A DNA stretch of 64,000 bases from contig OX597819.1 in NCBI GenBank assembly GCA_951406725.2, positions 6,324,001 to 6,388,000 on the forward strand, given 5' to 3'. The DNA comes from Octopus vulgaris. Lineage: Eukaryota. Below the pieces are notes generated by a model. That model searched no databases and was not told the DNA's origin. It worked only from the letters and a program-made list of their open reading frames with translations. Shown here piece by piece: positions 39,193-51,496 of this stretch; the stretch's first letter is position 1, and each line of letters begins with the position of its first letter. A program made the position numbers and the translations under genes.

Positions 39193-39541
39193 TGTTTCTT
39201 TCAGAGTGGTTTCTACCTGACTGTGTGTTGTTGTTTCTAGGTGCCAAATTTAAACTGACACTCAGTATACCGCGGCGTCTTCAGGAAAATTGCTGACAAA
39301 ACGTCATCTGGGACGGCTACTGAGTTCTCCTCGCAGTGTCTATCGCCCGTGGCAAGCATACCTCCTTGTCACTTAAGGTGTGTGAGAAGCCTTGTTTTGA
39401 TGGCTGTCATCCAAGGAAAAGACGACTTACTCGTGGCATCATCCCCCAACACACTTTGTTGTCATCTTTATATTTGATGTTATTGCTACTATTTTTGTTC
39501 TTGCTGTTGTTATAATACATAAGTATTTGTAGTTTTTTTAC

Positions 39542-39616
<75 letters not shown>

Positions 39617-40190
39617 TCAACAAATATCCATCTATATTTGTGCAACAGAGCTGTTTGATGTCGAAAAATATTTCTTTTAGAGTTCAAATTTTGGTTTTCT
39701 TTCTTCATTTTTCTCGGTATTGGCTCAAACTGTACTTGGCATCAGCCTAACGATATACAGGACACACGCATAAACACACACACACTTACATCCACACACA
39801 TGTATACGCACACACATTTATATACGTATATACATGCATACACACATACATACATATACACATATACGTACGTACATACAGACATGAAAATATATGTGTG
39901 TGTGTCCGTGTGTGTGCGTGTTTGAGTGTTTACATTAACACATTATGTTAACGAGTGGCTTAGTGTTTAGCGTGTTAACTCACAATAAAGGTTCGATTCC
40001 TGGACTTGCCGATAACTCATTTCTCTTCATCTCAGTCTATCCAACTATAAATGACTGACACCCAAGTGATTTTCTCGTATCAATGACGATCACAGCAGTG
40101 ATTTGTATATTCATGTTCATATCTACCAGAATGTTTTAAGAATACAGATGTAAGTCATCGTTTTCAATATCTGTACTGTGTATATTGAGT

Positions 40191-40572
40191 GGAGGCGCAA
40201 TGGCCCAGTGGTTAGGGCAGCGGACTCGCGGTCATAGGATCGCGGTTTCGATTCCCAGACCGGGCGTTGTGAGTGTTTATTGAGCGAAAACACCTAAAGC
40301 TCCATGAGGCTCCGGCAGGGGATGGTGGTGATCCCTGCTGTACTCTTTCACCACAACTTTCTCTCACTCTTACTTCCTGTTTCTGTTGTACCTGTATTTC
40401 AAGGGGCTGGCCTTGTCACTCTCTGTGTCACGCTGAATATCCCCGAGAACTACGTTAAGGATGCACGTGTCTGTGGAGTGCTCAGCCATTAACACGTTAA
40501 TTTCACGAGCAGGCTGTTCCGTTGATTCGGATCAACCGGAACCCTCATCGTCGTAACCGACGGAGTGCTTCC
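40191..40572 (+). mobile_element. tRNA(Arg-like) SINE, full length
   Basis: Reverse-complement match to 4303-4698. Confidence 0.92.
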
Positions 40573-40919
40573 CTAATGTATTTACACAAATTTGCGGGTC
40601 ATCAGTTTGAATCCTCGTGATCACCATACATATATAATCACAGGGTTCGCTGTTTATAAACACAATATACATGAGAACATAACTGTAATATAAACGTTTT
40701 TCGTAAAAAGAATAAATATATATTTACGGTTGTAACAAAGGACGAGCATAGTTAAAACTATATGCATCGAAACTAACACTTGCAATTAAACATACTTAAT
40801 TACGCAAACGCATAAATGCCTAAATGCATGTATATATATATATATACACGCACTTACATACGAACACACACACACACACATATATAAAGCATAGTAGTTC
40901 ATATACGCACACACATATA

Positions 40920-40949
<30 letters not shown>

Positions 40950-40961
<12 letters not shown>

Positions 40962-41458
40962 TGTAGTTGTTTGAGTGTCTGTCCCCTTCGATTTAGATTC
41001 CTAACTACTCCCACATTTTGCGGTGCAGTTCAACCAAATTCGGGTATCTTATAGTCGTGATTCATATCGAGCCCGTCTGAGTATTAGCGCGCGTCTACGA
41101 TGAGTCTACGATTTTAAAAATAATTTAACATCATTTTTTATTCCATTTTAATGCATAATTTTTCGTGTGTCGATGGCGGCGGAGTTGGCGTCCATGGTCA
41201 CACCTGCACCTGTTTGCTTCTCCTCCTTCTTCCCTCCCTCGTGAAGCTGTGGGGAAGGCAGTGTAAGGAAATCAACGTCGTAAAGCGTTGTCAAGGAGAC
41301 CAGCGTTCTTTTAGAACAACGACTTCATGGCTTGAAGACACCAAAACAGAAATGGCTAAGAAAGCCCGAATTGGCATCTATAAGGGAAGTAACTCTCTAA
41401 AAATGCTTATATAGTTATTTCCCTTTCAAACCCGAGCAACGCCGGGCGATACTGCTAG
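40950..41458 (+). mobile_element. Non-autonomous Helitron, family 1, with a different internal segment
   Basis: Family-1 body, 3' hairpin and CTAG|T; unique insert at about 41160-41378. Confidence 0.85.
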
Positions 41459-41545
41459 TATATATATATATAAGTAGGTGAATGAATTATCCTAGTATGG
41501 ATAATTCGGTTAACCGATACCCGGGTTCGTCATGATGCTGACATA

Positions 41546-41648
41546 AGTTCCTTGTCTTTCCTGATGAGAAGGCGGCATAATGCACCCTTTATTCCTTCGG
41601 AATTAAGAATATGCAGTCTTCGAAACATATGTCGAGAATAAAGGAATT
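41546..41648 (+). ncRNA. Type I hammerhead ribozyme, complete canonical core
   Basis: CUGAUGA (41561-67); 12-position stem II GAAGGCGGCAUA/UAUGCAGUCUUC with G10.1-C11.1; GAAA (41622-25); palindromic ACAUAUGU stem III; GUC site (cut after 41633); bipartite stem I. Confidence 0.75.
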
Positions 41649-41685
41649 TTGTTAAAATCGTCGTTCGACTCAATTCTCTCATTTA

Positions 41686-41770
<85 letters not shown>

Positions 41771-42169
41771 ATATGTATGTATGTATGTGTATGTAATTAT
41801 ATATAGACTAACATATATCTGTGCATTCACATATACACACGTTGACACGCAAATATGTGTATATGGAAATACGCAGAAACGTAATCATATAGGAGCAGGT
41901 GTGCTTGTGTGATAAGAAGCTTACTTCCCAACCACATGGTTCTGGGTTCAGTCCCACCGCGTGGCAACTTCGGCAAGTGTCTTCAACTATAGTTCCGAAT
42001 TAAGTCGAATTTACTTGTCTCTAGGCTAAAGCGATAATACACATTCCCAGTTCTGTACATTATTTATGAATGCATTTTCAATAATATATGATTAATAAAA
42101 ACCTGGTTTAAGATTACAAACAAATATTTTTTTCGTATTGATGACAGTGTTTCGTATTGATCCCTGGGG

Positions 42170-42807
42170 CTTAAGATGTGATATGTGCTAAAGTCTTGTA
42201 CTTATTGTCGATACAATTGTCTGACTCATCCCAAAACATCGTGCGGCTGCTATCACTTTTTTACCTTTTTATGGCGTTTTATCATAGCCAGTTTATCTTC
42301 CGGTGTTATAAGCATGACGCTTAGCACTTTCACTATGAATTTTCGTAGGAGCCATGGGGGGCAAAAATAAAGTCACAAATGAATGAGATTGAGAAAGTAG
42401 TACCCGATAAACAGACGTAAACAAATCTGAATTCAAAACAATCGCAGGAATCACGAGTGACAACGACGCCTAACGGTAGATACAGTGCAATATGAGCTCC
42501 GAAAGGCTGATATATAAGACAACAAAACTGATTTCATGATTTCGTTCACTAAGCTACACTACTTTATGGGTGTGTTTCTTAACATTTACTGTACGTATTT
42601 TATTATGATTTTATAGGCTTTTATTCTTATTTATTGTACAGTAACATGATTTTATGTGCTTTTAACGGTTTTCTAGTAATTTTACGATTCCGATATTTGT
42701 GGCGGACAAAAGTAGGGTCGAGTAAAATGACTTAACTTGATTTTTATTTTCCATATATTATTCTTGGAAACCAAGTATACTCGAAAGTGACTTAAGCCGG
42801 GGTATGC

Positions 42808-42808
<1 letters not shown>
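42170..42808 (-). mobile_element. Tigger/pogo-like transposon 5' fragment
   Basis: AGGCATACCCCGG terminus-like sequence; frameshifted MAPTK...ITPEDKLAMIKRH..KVIAAARCFGMSQTIVSTI (psq-type HTH). Confidence 0.6.
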
Positions 42809-42869
<61 letters not shown>

Positions 42870-42873
<4 letters not shown>

Positions 42874-43085
42874 GTGTGTGTGTCTGTGTGACTTTGTTTG
42901 TTCCCTCACCATCGCTTTAGAACCGATGCTCATGTGTTTATGTCTCGGAAACTTAGCGGTTTAGCAAAAGAGACTAGACTTACAAAGAATAAGTCTGGGG
43001 TCGATTTGTTCGACTAAATGTGGTGCTCCAGCATGGCCGCTGTCAAATGACTGAAGTGTGTAAAAGAGTAAAAGAATAAGAGAAT
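42870..43085 (+). mobile_element. CORE-type SINE 3' half
   Basis: GGTGCTCCAGCATGGCCGC...AATGACTGAA and AAAAGAGT tail. Confidence 0.8.
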
Positions 43086-43145
43086 ATATACGTACAGATA
43101 CATCCGCGAAGAAATGTTCGTTTATAACACTAAACAGATTATTAC

Positions 43146-43146
<1 letters not shown>

Positions 43147-43211
<65 letters not shown>

Positions 43212-43224
43212 GGATGGATGGATG

Positions 43225-43300
<76 letters not shown>

Positions 43301-43305
43301 TGATA
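43147..43305. repeat. (GATA)n/(GGAT)n array
   Basis: Direct observation; resumes at 44052-44365. Confidence 0.98.
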
Positions 43306-44051
43306 GCCACACAGGGCTGCACACAGATAGAACAAATTACAAGGTAGAGCTTTTCTTTTGAAGGTTTAAGAAAGAAAAAAAAAAGGAAGGGGGAGTTTCG
43401 ATCAAAAGGGATCGTAAAAGGAGAGAAAGAGGACAAAAAAAAGGGGGGTTTAAAAAAAAGGGGGAGGAAAAAAATTGATCAATAGGGATCGTTATCACAG
43501 AAATGTCAATATGAAGTGTAAAGGGGAGGACAGGTGAGGTTTACCCGTGCAAAGAAAAGCCTACGGAAAAGACCACGGTAACCTCGGTCAATGATGTCAC
43601 ATTTTATATTTCTTTTTTTTTTTTTTTTTTTGCAAATAAGCAACTCTCTGTTTTCGATTTCTGGGTTCATAGGACTATGCTCAAGGTGGCTTCGTCATTC
43701 ATACGTGCCATTCTTGCTACATTCACCCATCTTTTTAAAACATTCGCTAGACAAAACTTGCCTCTCTACTCTCACTTTCCTTTTCAAGTGGTACTTGAAG
43801 AAGTTGATGAGAGATTGACCAGAGAGGAAAGTGTTTGTCTCCAATCCTTTCAGACGCGTCCACCAGATACATTCTTTCGCCATAGCCACAAGGATGATGA
43901 AAATAGCTCTTCCTTCCCGTTTGAAGGAAGGAGGCGGGACAATATTGACGATAGACTAGATAGATAAAGACTCGTCCCACACGTGACAGCAGTTGTTCGA
44001 CATAAGCCCACAGGTGGATTGTTGGACACTGAACGAGTGCGTGCAGAACGG
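43306..44051 (-). mobile_element. 5'-truncated L1/Tx1-clade LINE (ORF2 C-terminus and 3' UTR)
   Basis: [20 protein letters not shown] (end of zinc knuckle) and [11 protein letters not shown]...FFKYHLKRKVRVER motifs, frameshifted; flanked on both sides by (GATA)n. Confidence 0.75.
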
Positions 44052-44080
44052 ATGGATCGAGATGGATGGATGGATGGATG

Positions 44081-44135
<55 letters not shown>

Positions 44136-44170
44136 GGATGGATAGATGGATGGATGGATGGATGGATGAG

Positions 44171-44308
<138 letters not shown>

Positions 44309-44449
44309 GTAGGTAGGTTGGTACGTAGGTAGGTAGATAAATAGATAGATAGATAGATATATAGATACACTCATACATACATACACGCATAAGCATACAT
44401 ACATACATACAAACATACATACATACATACATACATGCATACATACATA

Positions 44450-45890
44450 AAATTACAATTCGTAAAAACCTTTGCTAGTTTCTCGAAGCTTTCGTTGAGC
44501 AACAGACTATTCCCAACACGAGTAGGAAAAAATCCGACCGATCTAATGTTTAAGGTTATCAACAATATTGCCAGGGAGCACAAGGAATCATGTGATGTTA
44601 ATTACTAGAATATTAATACTCTTAAAGAACACCTAGGAGAAATCTACAGCGTACAAAATAACGAAATTACTAAACGGAAACAACCTAGATGGAAAACAAA
44701 ACTTGAAGAAAGCATCAAAAACGTGCGCCGCCATATTGGATGGTTAACTACGACAATAAAACGTAGGGAGAAAAGTGAGTTTACACCTCACCAACTTTAC
44801 CTTAGACAAAAATTAATGAAACTTTGTGGCAACTCAACACACCGAGCTCTTGATGGAAAGCTAATCCCATTAAAACATGAACTGAAGACGATGAGTGAGA
44901 AACTTCGCTATCGCAAGCGAATTTTTGAGCGAGCCGGTATTAATCGTAAGTTTGCATCCAACCCAAAAGCATTATACAGAGATGAGGAAGGAAAATATGA
45001 CCATTAAAAAAGCCCCCCTCCTAAGAATACCTACAATCATTCTAGTCAACTATTTGGAACGAAAATAGGGATTTCAACCTGAATGCATTATGGTTAAATA
45101 TAATTAAGAGAGAATACTGTACCAACACTAACAGTAAAACATACAAAATTGATGCAGAAACCTGTGCTATAGCAGTAGGCAAACTGTAGAATGGGAAGGT
45201 CCCTGGAAGGCATCTAATAGTTGGATATTGGTACAAGAAGCTGACATTTTATAGAAACCAATTGACATGTATGTTCAAAAGGACTCTGAAATGTCAGACT
45301 GATATACCTATTTCTTTATTACCCACAAGGGGCTAAACATAGAGGGGACAAACAAGGACAGACATAGGTATTAAGTCGATTACATCGACCCCAGTGCGTA
45401 ACTGGTACTTAATTTATCGACCCCGAAAGGATGAAAGGCAAAGTCGACCTCGGCGGAATTTGAACTCACAACGTAGCGACAGACGAAATACGGCTACGCA
45501 TTTCGCCCGGCGTGCTAACGTTTCTGCCAACTCGCCACCTGATGTACGACATTGGCTTGCAACAGCAAGGACAAATCTTGTTGCCAAAAATGAAATCACC
45601 GAGATGGCAGGAAACTATAGGCCCATTGCTTGCCTAAACATTATGTACAAACTATATACAAGTTGCCTCAACCAATTTCTCCGAGACCATTGTGAGTCGA
45701 CCAACATTGTGACTGATGAACAGTCTAGTGGAAAGAAAGGGGTGTGGGGATGTGCCGAACAACTTTTAATAAACAAAGCTGTGCTGTCTGAAGAAAACAA
45801 CGCAGAACACTTGTGACATTATGGCTTGACTATAAGAAGGCATTCGGCTCTGTCCTTCATTTATGGCTATTGAAGTACTTACACGCCAGT
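44450..45890 (+). pseudogene. Decayed R4/Dong-like non-LTR retrotransposon, N-terminal and RT N-half
   Basis: PRWKTKLEESI, INRKFASNPKALYR, PG..LIVGYWYKKL, NYRPIACLNIMYKLYTS, EQ..GKKGVWGCAEQLLINKAV and WLDYKKAF motifs. Confidence 0.85.
45309..45539 (-). mobile_element. MetaSINE-like SINE inserted in the LINE
   Basis: Near-identical to 24219-24449; TSD-like CTGAT(A/G)TAC. Confidence 0.92.
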
Positions 45891-46273
45891 GAGTGGATGA
45901 ATTGATTTCTGCTGACAGAGTCACAATCCGTGAGCAATGTCACACAAATTGAGTGTGGTCACAATGCATTACACAAGATTATAGAAAACTGTGGTGTACT
46001 AAGGGATTCCCTCGGCCATCAGCACTTTCTTTGAAAGATGGCTTATGAGAATGGATGAAAGATGACTGGGAGTGATCTCCAAACAATGGCTCAGTTGATA
46101 GAATGTCGTCACACTTTTTCTCCAAGGATTAAGATCAAAATAGAGGAATCGGCACACAAAGTAAAGGTTTTTTCTTTTACTTTTGGAGCTTGGTGACAAA
46201 GGCTTTGAACATTTCGAGCGTAGCAATGCCGTGATACGAGGGCATTGAAACAATAGAAACTATTCGATAAGCC

Positions 46274-46429
46274 ATTTGGCATTTATTCTCGTTCTTTGAT
46301 CCACAATATTTTCCTTGTCTCTCTGCAATAGATTATCACAAATTTTATTGAACAATAAAATTTGTGATAATCTATTAGAGAGAGACAAGGAAAACATTGT
46401 GGATAAAACAACGAGAATAAATGCCAAAT
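46274..46429. repeat. Inverted repeat, 77-bp arms, 2-nt loop
   Basis: Symmetric about 46351/46352 with about 5 mismatches. Confidence 0.93.
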
Positions 46430-46805
46430 TTTATTGAACAATAAAATTTGTGATAATTTGGATGAATTAACCATTTTTCCCATGCATTTTTCTATTGTTA
46501 CTTATATGCACTAGAAAAAAACTACGGTAATACTTTTCTGTTCTAGTCGCTGATTAACTATAATCTAATTAAATTTTCCATTCTCAGAAACAAACACTAC
46601 ATCTAAATATTTGATATCATTGTATCTCTTCTCCCTTGTATCAACCCTGTGGTTGTTAAAGAACTCGAATTAGTGCTGACCTTGGGAGTCGAAATGTCAA
46701 ATATCCTTTGAGAGATGGCTGATAAAGTAATAATTCCTGCGATTCTGGCCACTAATGATTGTCAGGCTCTATATAGACGTCATATATACGTATACTTTTG
46801 CCCAT

Positions 46806-47162
46806 ATCATCATCATTGTTCGACCATGGTCGAGACAATGGAATTTACCATGCTACGCCAGACTTCACGGTCCATCATGGCATTACGGAGGTCCTGTTGC
46901 TGGGTGCCTGTATCCCTGGAGATTACATCAGGGTAGAAGAGTGTGCGCCCTCTGGTATTGCGAGTAGATGGCTTCCAGAGGAGAAGAGTAGAAATTACCT
47001 CTTTTTCAGCTCTACAACAATGTCCAGCAAACTGGACTCTCCTACCTTTCACAAGAGATGACACAGGTGGTAGTTTCCCATATACTTGCATTTTGGTTGG
47101 ATGGCGCTTCCACGAGAGATTTTGAGCTCTCATGAGGCGAGTGTAGGTTCCATCCAACCGCC
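46806..47162 (-). mobile_element. RTE-clade LINE 3' end
   Basis: LDGTYTRLMR...RRVQFAGHCCR...LLWKP...RGR...MMDREVWRS, then stop and (TGA)n tail. Confidence 0.85.
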
Positions 47163-48082
47163 CATATACATACATACATGCATGCATATATGTGTGCATG
47201 TGTATGTATATGCATGCCTATATTGTGTATCTCATATATATATATAAGCACATACGCATACACATGTATGTATGCATGCATGCATGGATATGTAAATACA
47301 TAATATTAAACCTAAGTTGTATGATGAAGATAAAACTATGCAAGCTCTAAACTTGAAAGTAAAATACCTCTATATACATTATTATAGATTAAAGTGATAT
47401 ATACGTTGTTATAAAAGTTTGTTATTTCTTTCTATTTACTGAAAGTATCATACTATCGCCAAGCATCAATTACCTGACACTGGACGCATCAACTAATTGG
47501 TATATCGTGGAGAGGAAGATGTATTCATTTCTATTTGGCGTATTCAAATGAGCTTGTATAATTTAAGTTTGATAAATTCACAAATAATGATCAAAATAAA
47601 GTAACAGATTAATTACTGAAAGTGGTTATGTCTGCTATGTAAATCAGACCTGTCAAATTCTAAAAGGAAACATTTAGCTACTTAAACTTTTATTTAAAAT
47701 AATAAAACACTCAAATTGTTGCAATTTTATAGGAATATAAACAAAATGTTGTGTGTGTTTGCAGTGATAAAGCCTAACAGAGATCTGTATGGTTACCATT
47801 CATTTCCACGTTATACATATCGTGATAAACGCGCACAACAATCATATCTTCAAATTAGCTTTATTCGGTTATGGAAAATAAATTTATCTCCTAGTCTATA
47901 TTCTGTGGAGGTTTCAGACTTGTAGAAAATATCTTTATGTTAAAAAGTGTGAAAACACCCGGTCTGTTCAGTGTCGCCATCTATCAGGAATCCCAGACAT
48001 CGATGTTCGAGTTTATTGACTGTTGCCAATGGAATTTACCTAAGAGGCAAACAGACTTACAAAGCAATTGCTTTGTATATAA

Positions 48083-48479
48083 CTAGCAGTATCGCCCGGT
48101 GTTGCTCGGGTTGTAAGGGAAATAACTATATAAGCATTTTTAGAGAGTTATAGCCAAAAAATAGCAAAAAATGCATTAAAAATTGAAAAGAAATTAAGGT
48201 AAATTTTTTTTTAAATCGTTGACACATCGTAGATATTTTTAGAGAGTTACTTCCCTTATATAAAAGCGAAAAAAATGCATTAAAATGGAAAAATATGATG
48301 GTAAATTTTTTTTAAATCGTAGACTCATCGTAGACGCACGCTAATACCCAGAAGAGCTCGATATGAATCACGACTATAAGATACCCGCTTTTGGTTAAAC
48401 TGCACCGCAAAATGTGGGAGTAGTTAGGAATCTAAATCGTAGGAGACAGACACCACACAACTTCACTCTTATATAAAGA
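48083..48479 (-). mobile_element. Non-autonomous Helitron, family 1
   Basis: Same structure as 2030-2447. Confidence 0.85.
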
Positions 48480-49349
48480 TGCTTTTTTTTTTCAGTCATA
48501 GAGTTAGATTTATGAAGGTCTTCAGTAGAAAATCCTTCGAATTCTGACTCGCTGCTTGATATAATGAAATTCGTATCCATTTTTTGTCAGAATTACAAAT
48601 TTTGAAAACACAATAGGAACAAATTTCGGAAAAAAATCTCCCATAATTCACGGAATTAAAATTACACTTCGATTTTTGTACAAAACTGTAGTTGAAGTGT
48701 TTACGAAGTATAATACGTGTTTTCACGAATGTACTAAAGAGATTTGCTCTGATATTCTCATTTAAATATGAATAGGTAAATTCGGGCGGCTTGGTAACTA
48801 TATATAAGTGTCGTCTGTTTATACATAAACACTGTTTCATACTGCAATTATATATACATATATCTATATATAATATTATATAATAAAATATATACAGAGT
48901 AAAATAAAAACCAATTTACCTTTTCTGTCCGTCCGTGTGTCTTTGCAAATGTGTTGGAATGATAAGTGAGTTGTGATTTGGCGCCTTTTTTACTAATAAC
49001 AAACACACACGTGTTTTTATGTAGTTGTATGTGTATGTAGTTGTATGTAGTTGTATATGTATGTGTATGCGTGTGTGTGAGGAATGACACACACACACTC
49101 ACGCACGCACACATGTACATCAATGCTTTCGGAGTGATATGTTAAAATATTGAGTTTTCTCGAATTTTGTCTTAATTGGTGGTAAAATTGAAAGAAATTT
49201 TTTATGGCATCACCCACTGAAGTACTCTGAAAAATCTTAGGTAAACTCTAATTGAAGAAATTGTGTGAGGAGTAAATCGTTATGTATTTATTTGTTTCTG
49301 TTTGCTGTGTTTCTTTATTTTTTGAGTAGTGGTTTAAATACTTTCAGTT

Positions 49350-49649
49350 TAGTCTTCCTCAAATCACTCTGTCGCTATTTACTTTCATTTTATTCGTTGC
49401 ACACTGTGTGTGTGCGTTTGCGTGTGCTGTAAACCAGACTAAGAAAAGCATTTGACATACACACCAGAATGTGAGTTTTCTGTAAATTTTGCTTAATTGG
49501 AGTTTAAATTTTAAAAACTGGACCTGGCATGACCCGATGCATTCTACTCTTAAAAATGCTAGGTAAATTGTAATTGAAGAAATCCTATATTGTAGATTTC
49601 TATAACTCCCAAAGGGAGGCAGATAAAATCTGCCTTTTATAATAAGAGA
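49350..49649 (-). mobile_element. Helitron family 2, 5' segment
   Basis: High identity to 11100-11346. Confidence 0.65.
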
Positions 49650-49943
49650 TTCAGTCAACAAGTTGACTGATTTGCACTAGTAGATCGCTAGATCAAGGAA
49701 AATAACGAAATGTTAGCGCTAAGCAGTGTTTAGGCATAAGCAAAATTTAGATTAGTTAAAATAAGTTTGTGACATAATTCAGCTGCTAAAAGACAAATAC
49801 ACAGCAGTTACAGTGGAGAAAATATCTCTTCTATGTGAACACGTGTGAAAACACCCGGTCGAGATTATTGACTCTTGTCAATGAGATGTACATAAGAGAG
49901 GCAACTCTGAAAATATGCATTATGTATATTGATATATGTGCAT

Positions 49944-49993
<50 letters not shown>

Positions 49994-49995
49994 GA

Positions 49996-50270
49996 TCTCA
50001 TATGATAAAAGGCAGATTTTCTCTGCCTCCCAAATCGTTCGTTTTTTATACAATTGTACAATATAGAATTTCTTCAATTGGAATTTACCTATCACTTTTC
50101 CAAGTAGATTCCATTGGGTCATGGCATGTAAAGTTTTTTCAATTTCACCCCAATTAAGCAAAAATTCGAGAAAACTCAATATTTTACGATTTCCCTCTTT
50201 CATTTCAAGTGCTTCACTACACTTTCTCCTCCTTTCTCTTTGCAAGTGTGCAACAATTAAAGTGAAAGTA
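49996..50270 (+). mobile_element. Helitron family 2, 5' segment (diverged)
   Basis: A|TCTCATATGATAAAAGGCAGATTTTCTCTGCCTCCC; ends in a block matching the reverse complement of 11020-11060. Confidence 0.6.
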
Positions 50271-50899
50271 TTTATATAAAAGGGATGGGCAATTAATACT
50301 GGTCATCCTTTTTGCTAGAAGAAGATCCGCTGTGGTCTTATATGCTACACCACTGGTTTTCAATTCATATTAATTAAATTAATATTCAATTTTTCACCCT
50401 TATTATGTGTGTGTGTATTAGCAATTCGTATAAAATTGCACCAATGACTTGAACTTAAATAAGTGGTTTCACATAAATGGAGATACATTAAAAGTTTTGT
50501 TGTTATTATTATTACTGTTTAACTATTGTAATCACGTCTGTTGGTTCCTCGTCAGGGAAACGTTGTTGTGTTGCATTTGTTAAATAATTGTAAATCGTAA
50601 CCCTCCCCCTTTCGGAGAAGGGGCTTTGGTTATTGTTTTAAAATTGAATTGTATCCCTGTTTGGGGAAATTGACAATATTTTCACCGTCTTTACGGAAGC
50701 ATTTTTGTTAAAATGCCTTCAATAGAAGAAAGTCCAAAAATGAATTTCGCTGCAACCGTACACTTCTATACAAGAGGGATGACAAGATCCCATTGATCGA
50801 AATTGCAAGAAACGGGCCTACAATTCCAGTCTGTTATATATTTTGAGTATTGTTATCACTAGCGATATCAAGATATAACTATTTTGTATTTTATGTGTA

Positions 50900-50941
<42 letters not shown>

Positions 50942-50999
50942 TGTACATATAATATGTACACATATGTACATGCATAATATATCTACCCATATACACACA

Positions 51000-51045
<46 letters not shown>

Positions 51046-51074
51046 TAGGAGCAGGTGTGGCTGTGTGGTAACAA

Positions 51075-51496
51075 ACTACGTTCGAAGATACTGTACTTGA
51101 TATGGGCGGTAGTGCCTTGCCGGTCTTTCGCCTACCTTCAACAAACCGGGAAGGCACAAACACTCTGCCTTCACATATGCTGCGTGAGACATGTTTTAAT
51201 GTTGACGAGCTTGCCGAGTACATAGCCGACAATGAGCCAAAGCTCCTTCCAGAACAGAAGTTCGCTTACAACTCCGTTGTTAATTCAGTCCGGGTCAAAG
51301 CTGTGGGGATATTTTTCCTGGACGCTCCTGGGGGCACTGGGAAAACTTTTCTCAACAAATTAATATTGGCTAAGATTAGGCGAACACAAGGCATTACCCT
51401 AGCTGTGTCATCATCTGGAATTGCGGCTACTTTGTTGCCAGGCGGCAGGACAGCTCACTCCACTTTCAAGCTTCCGCTTGACTTAGCGAAGACAAC
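51075..51496 (+). pseudogene. Helitron PIF1-like helicase fragment (motifs I-Ia)
   Basis: FFLDAPGGTGKTFL (Walker A) and AVSSSGIAATLLPGGRTAHSTFKLPL. Confidence 0.9.

Noticed and set aside
50775-50810. GATGACAA GATC-CCATT-GATC GAAA TTGCAA as a functional ribozyme
   Set aside because: Core and cleavage triplet are broken; kept only as a possible fossil in the overall pattern.
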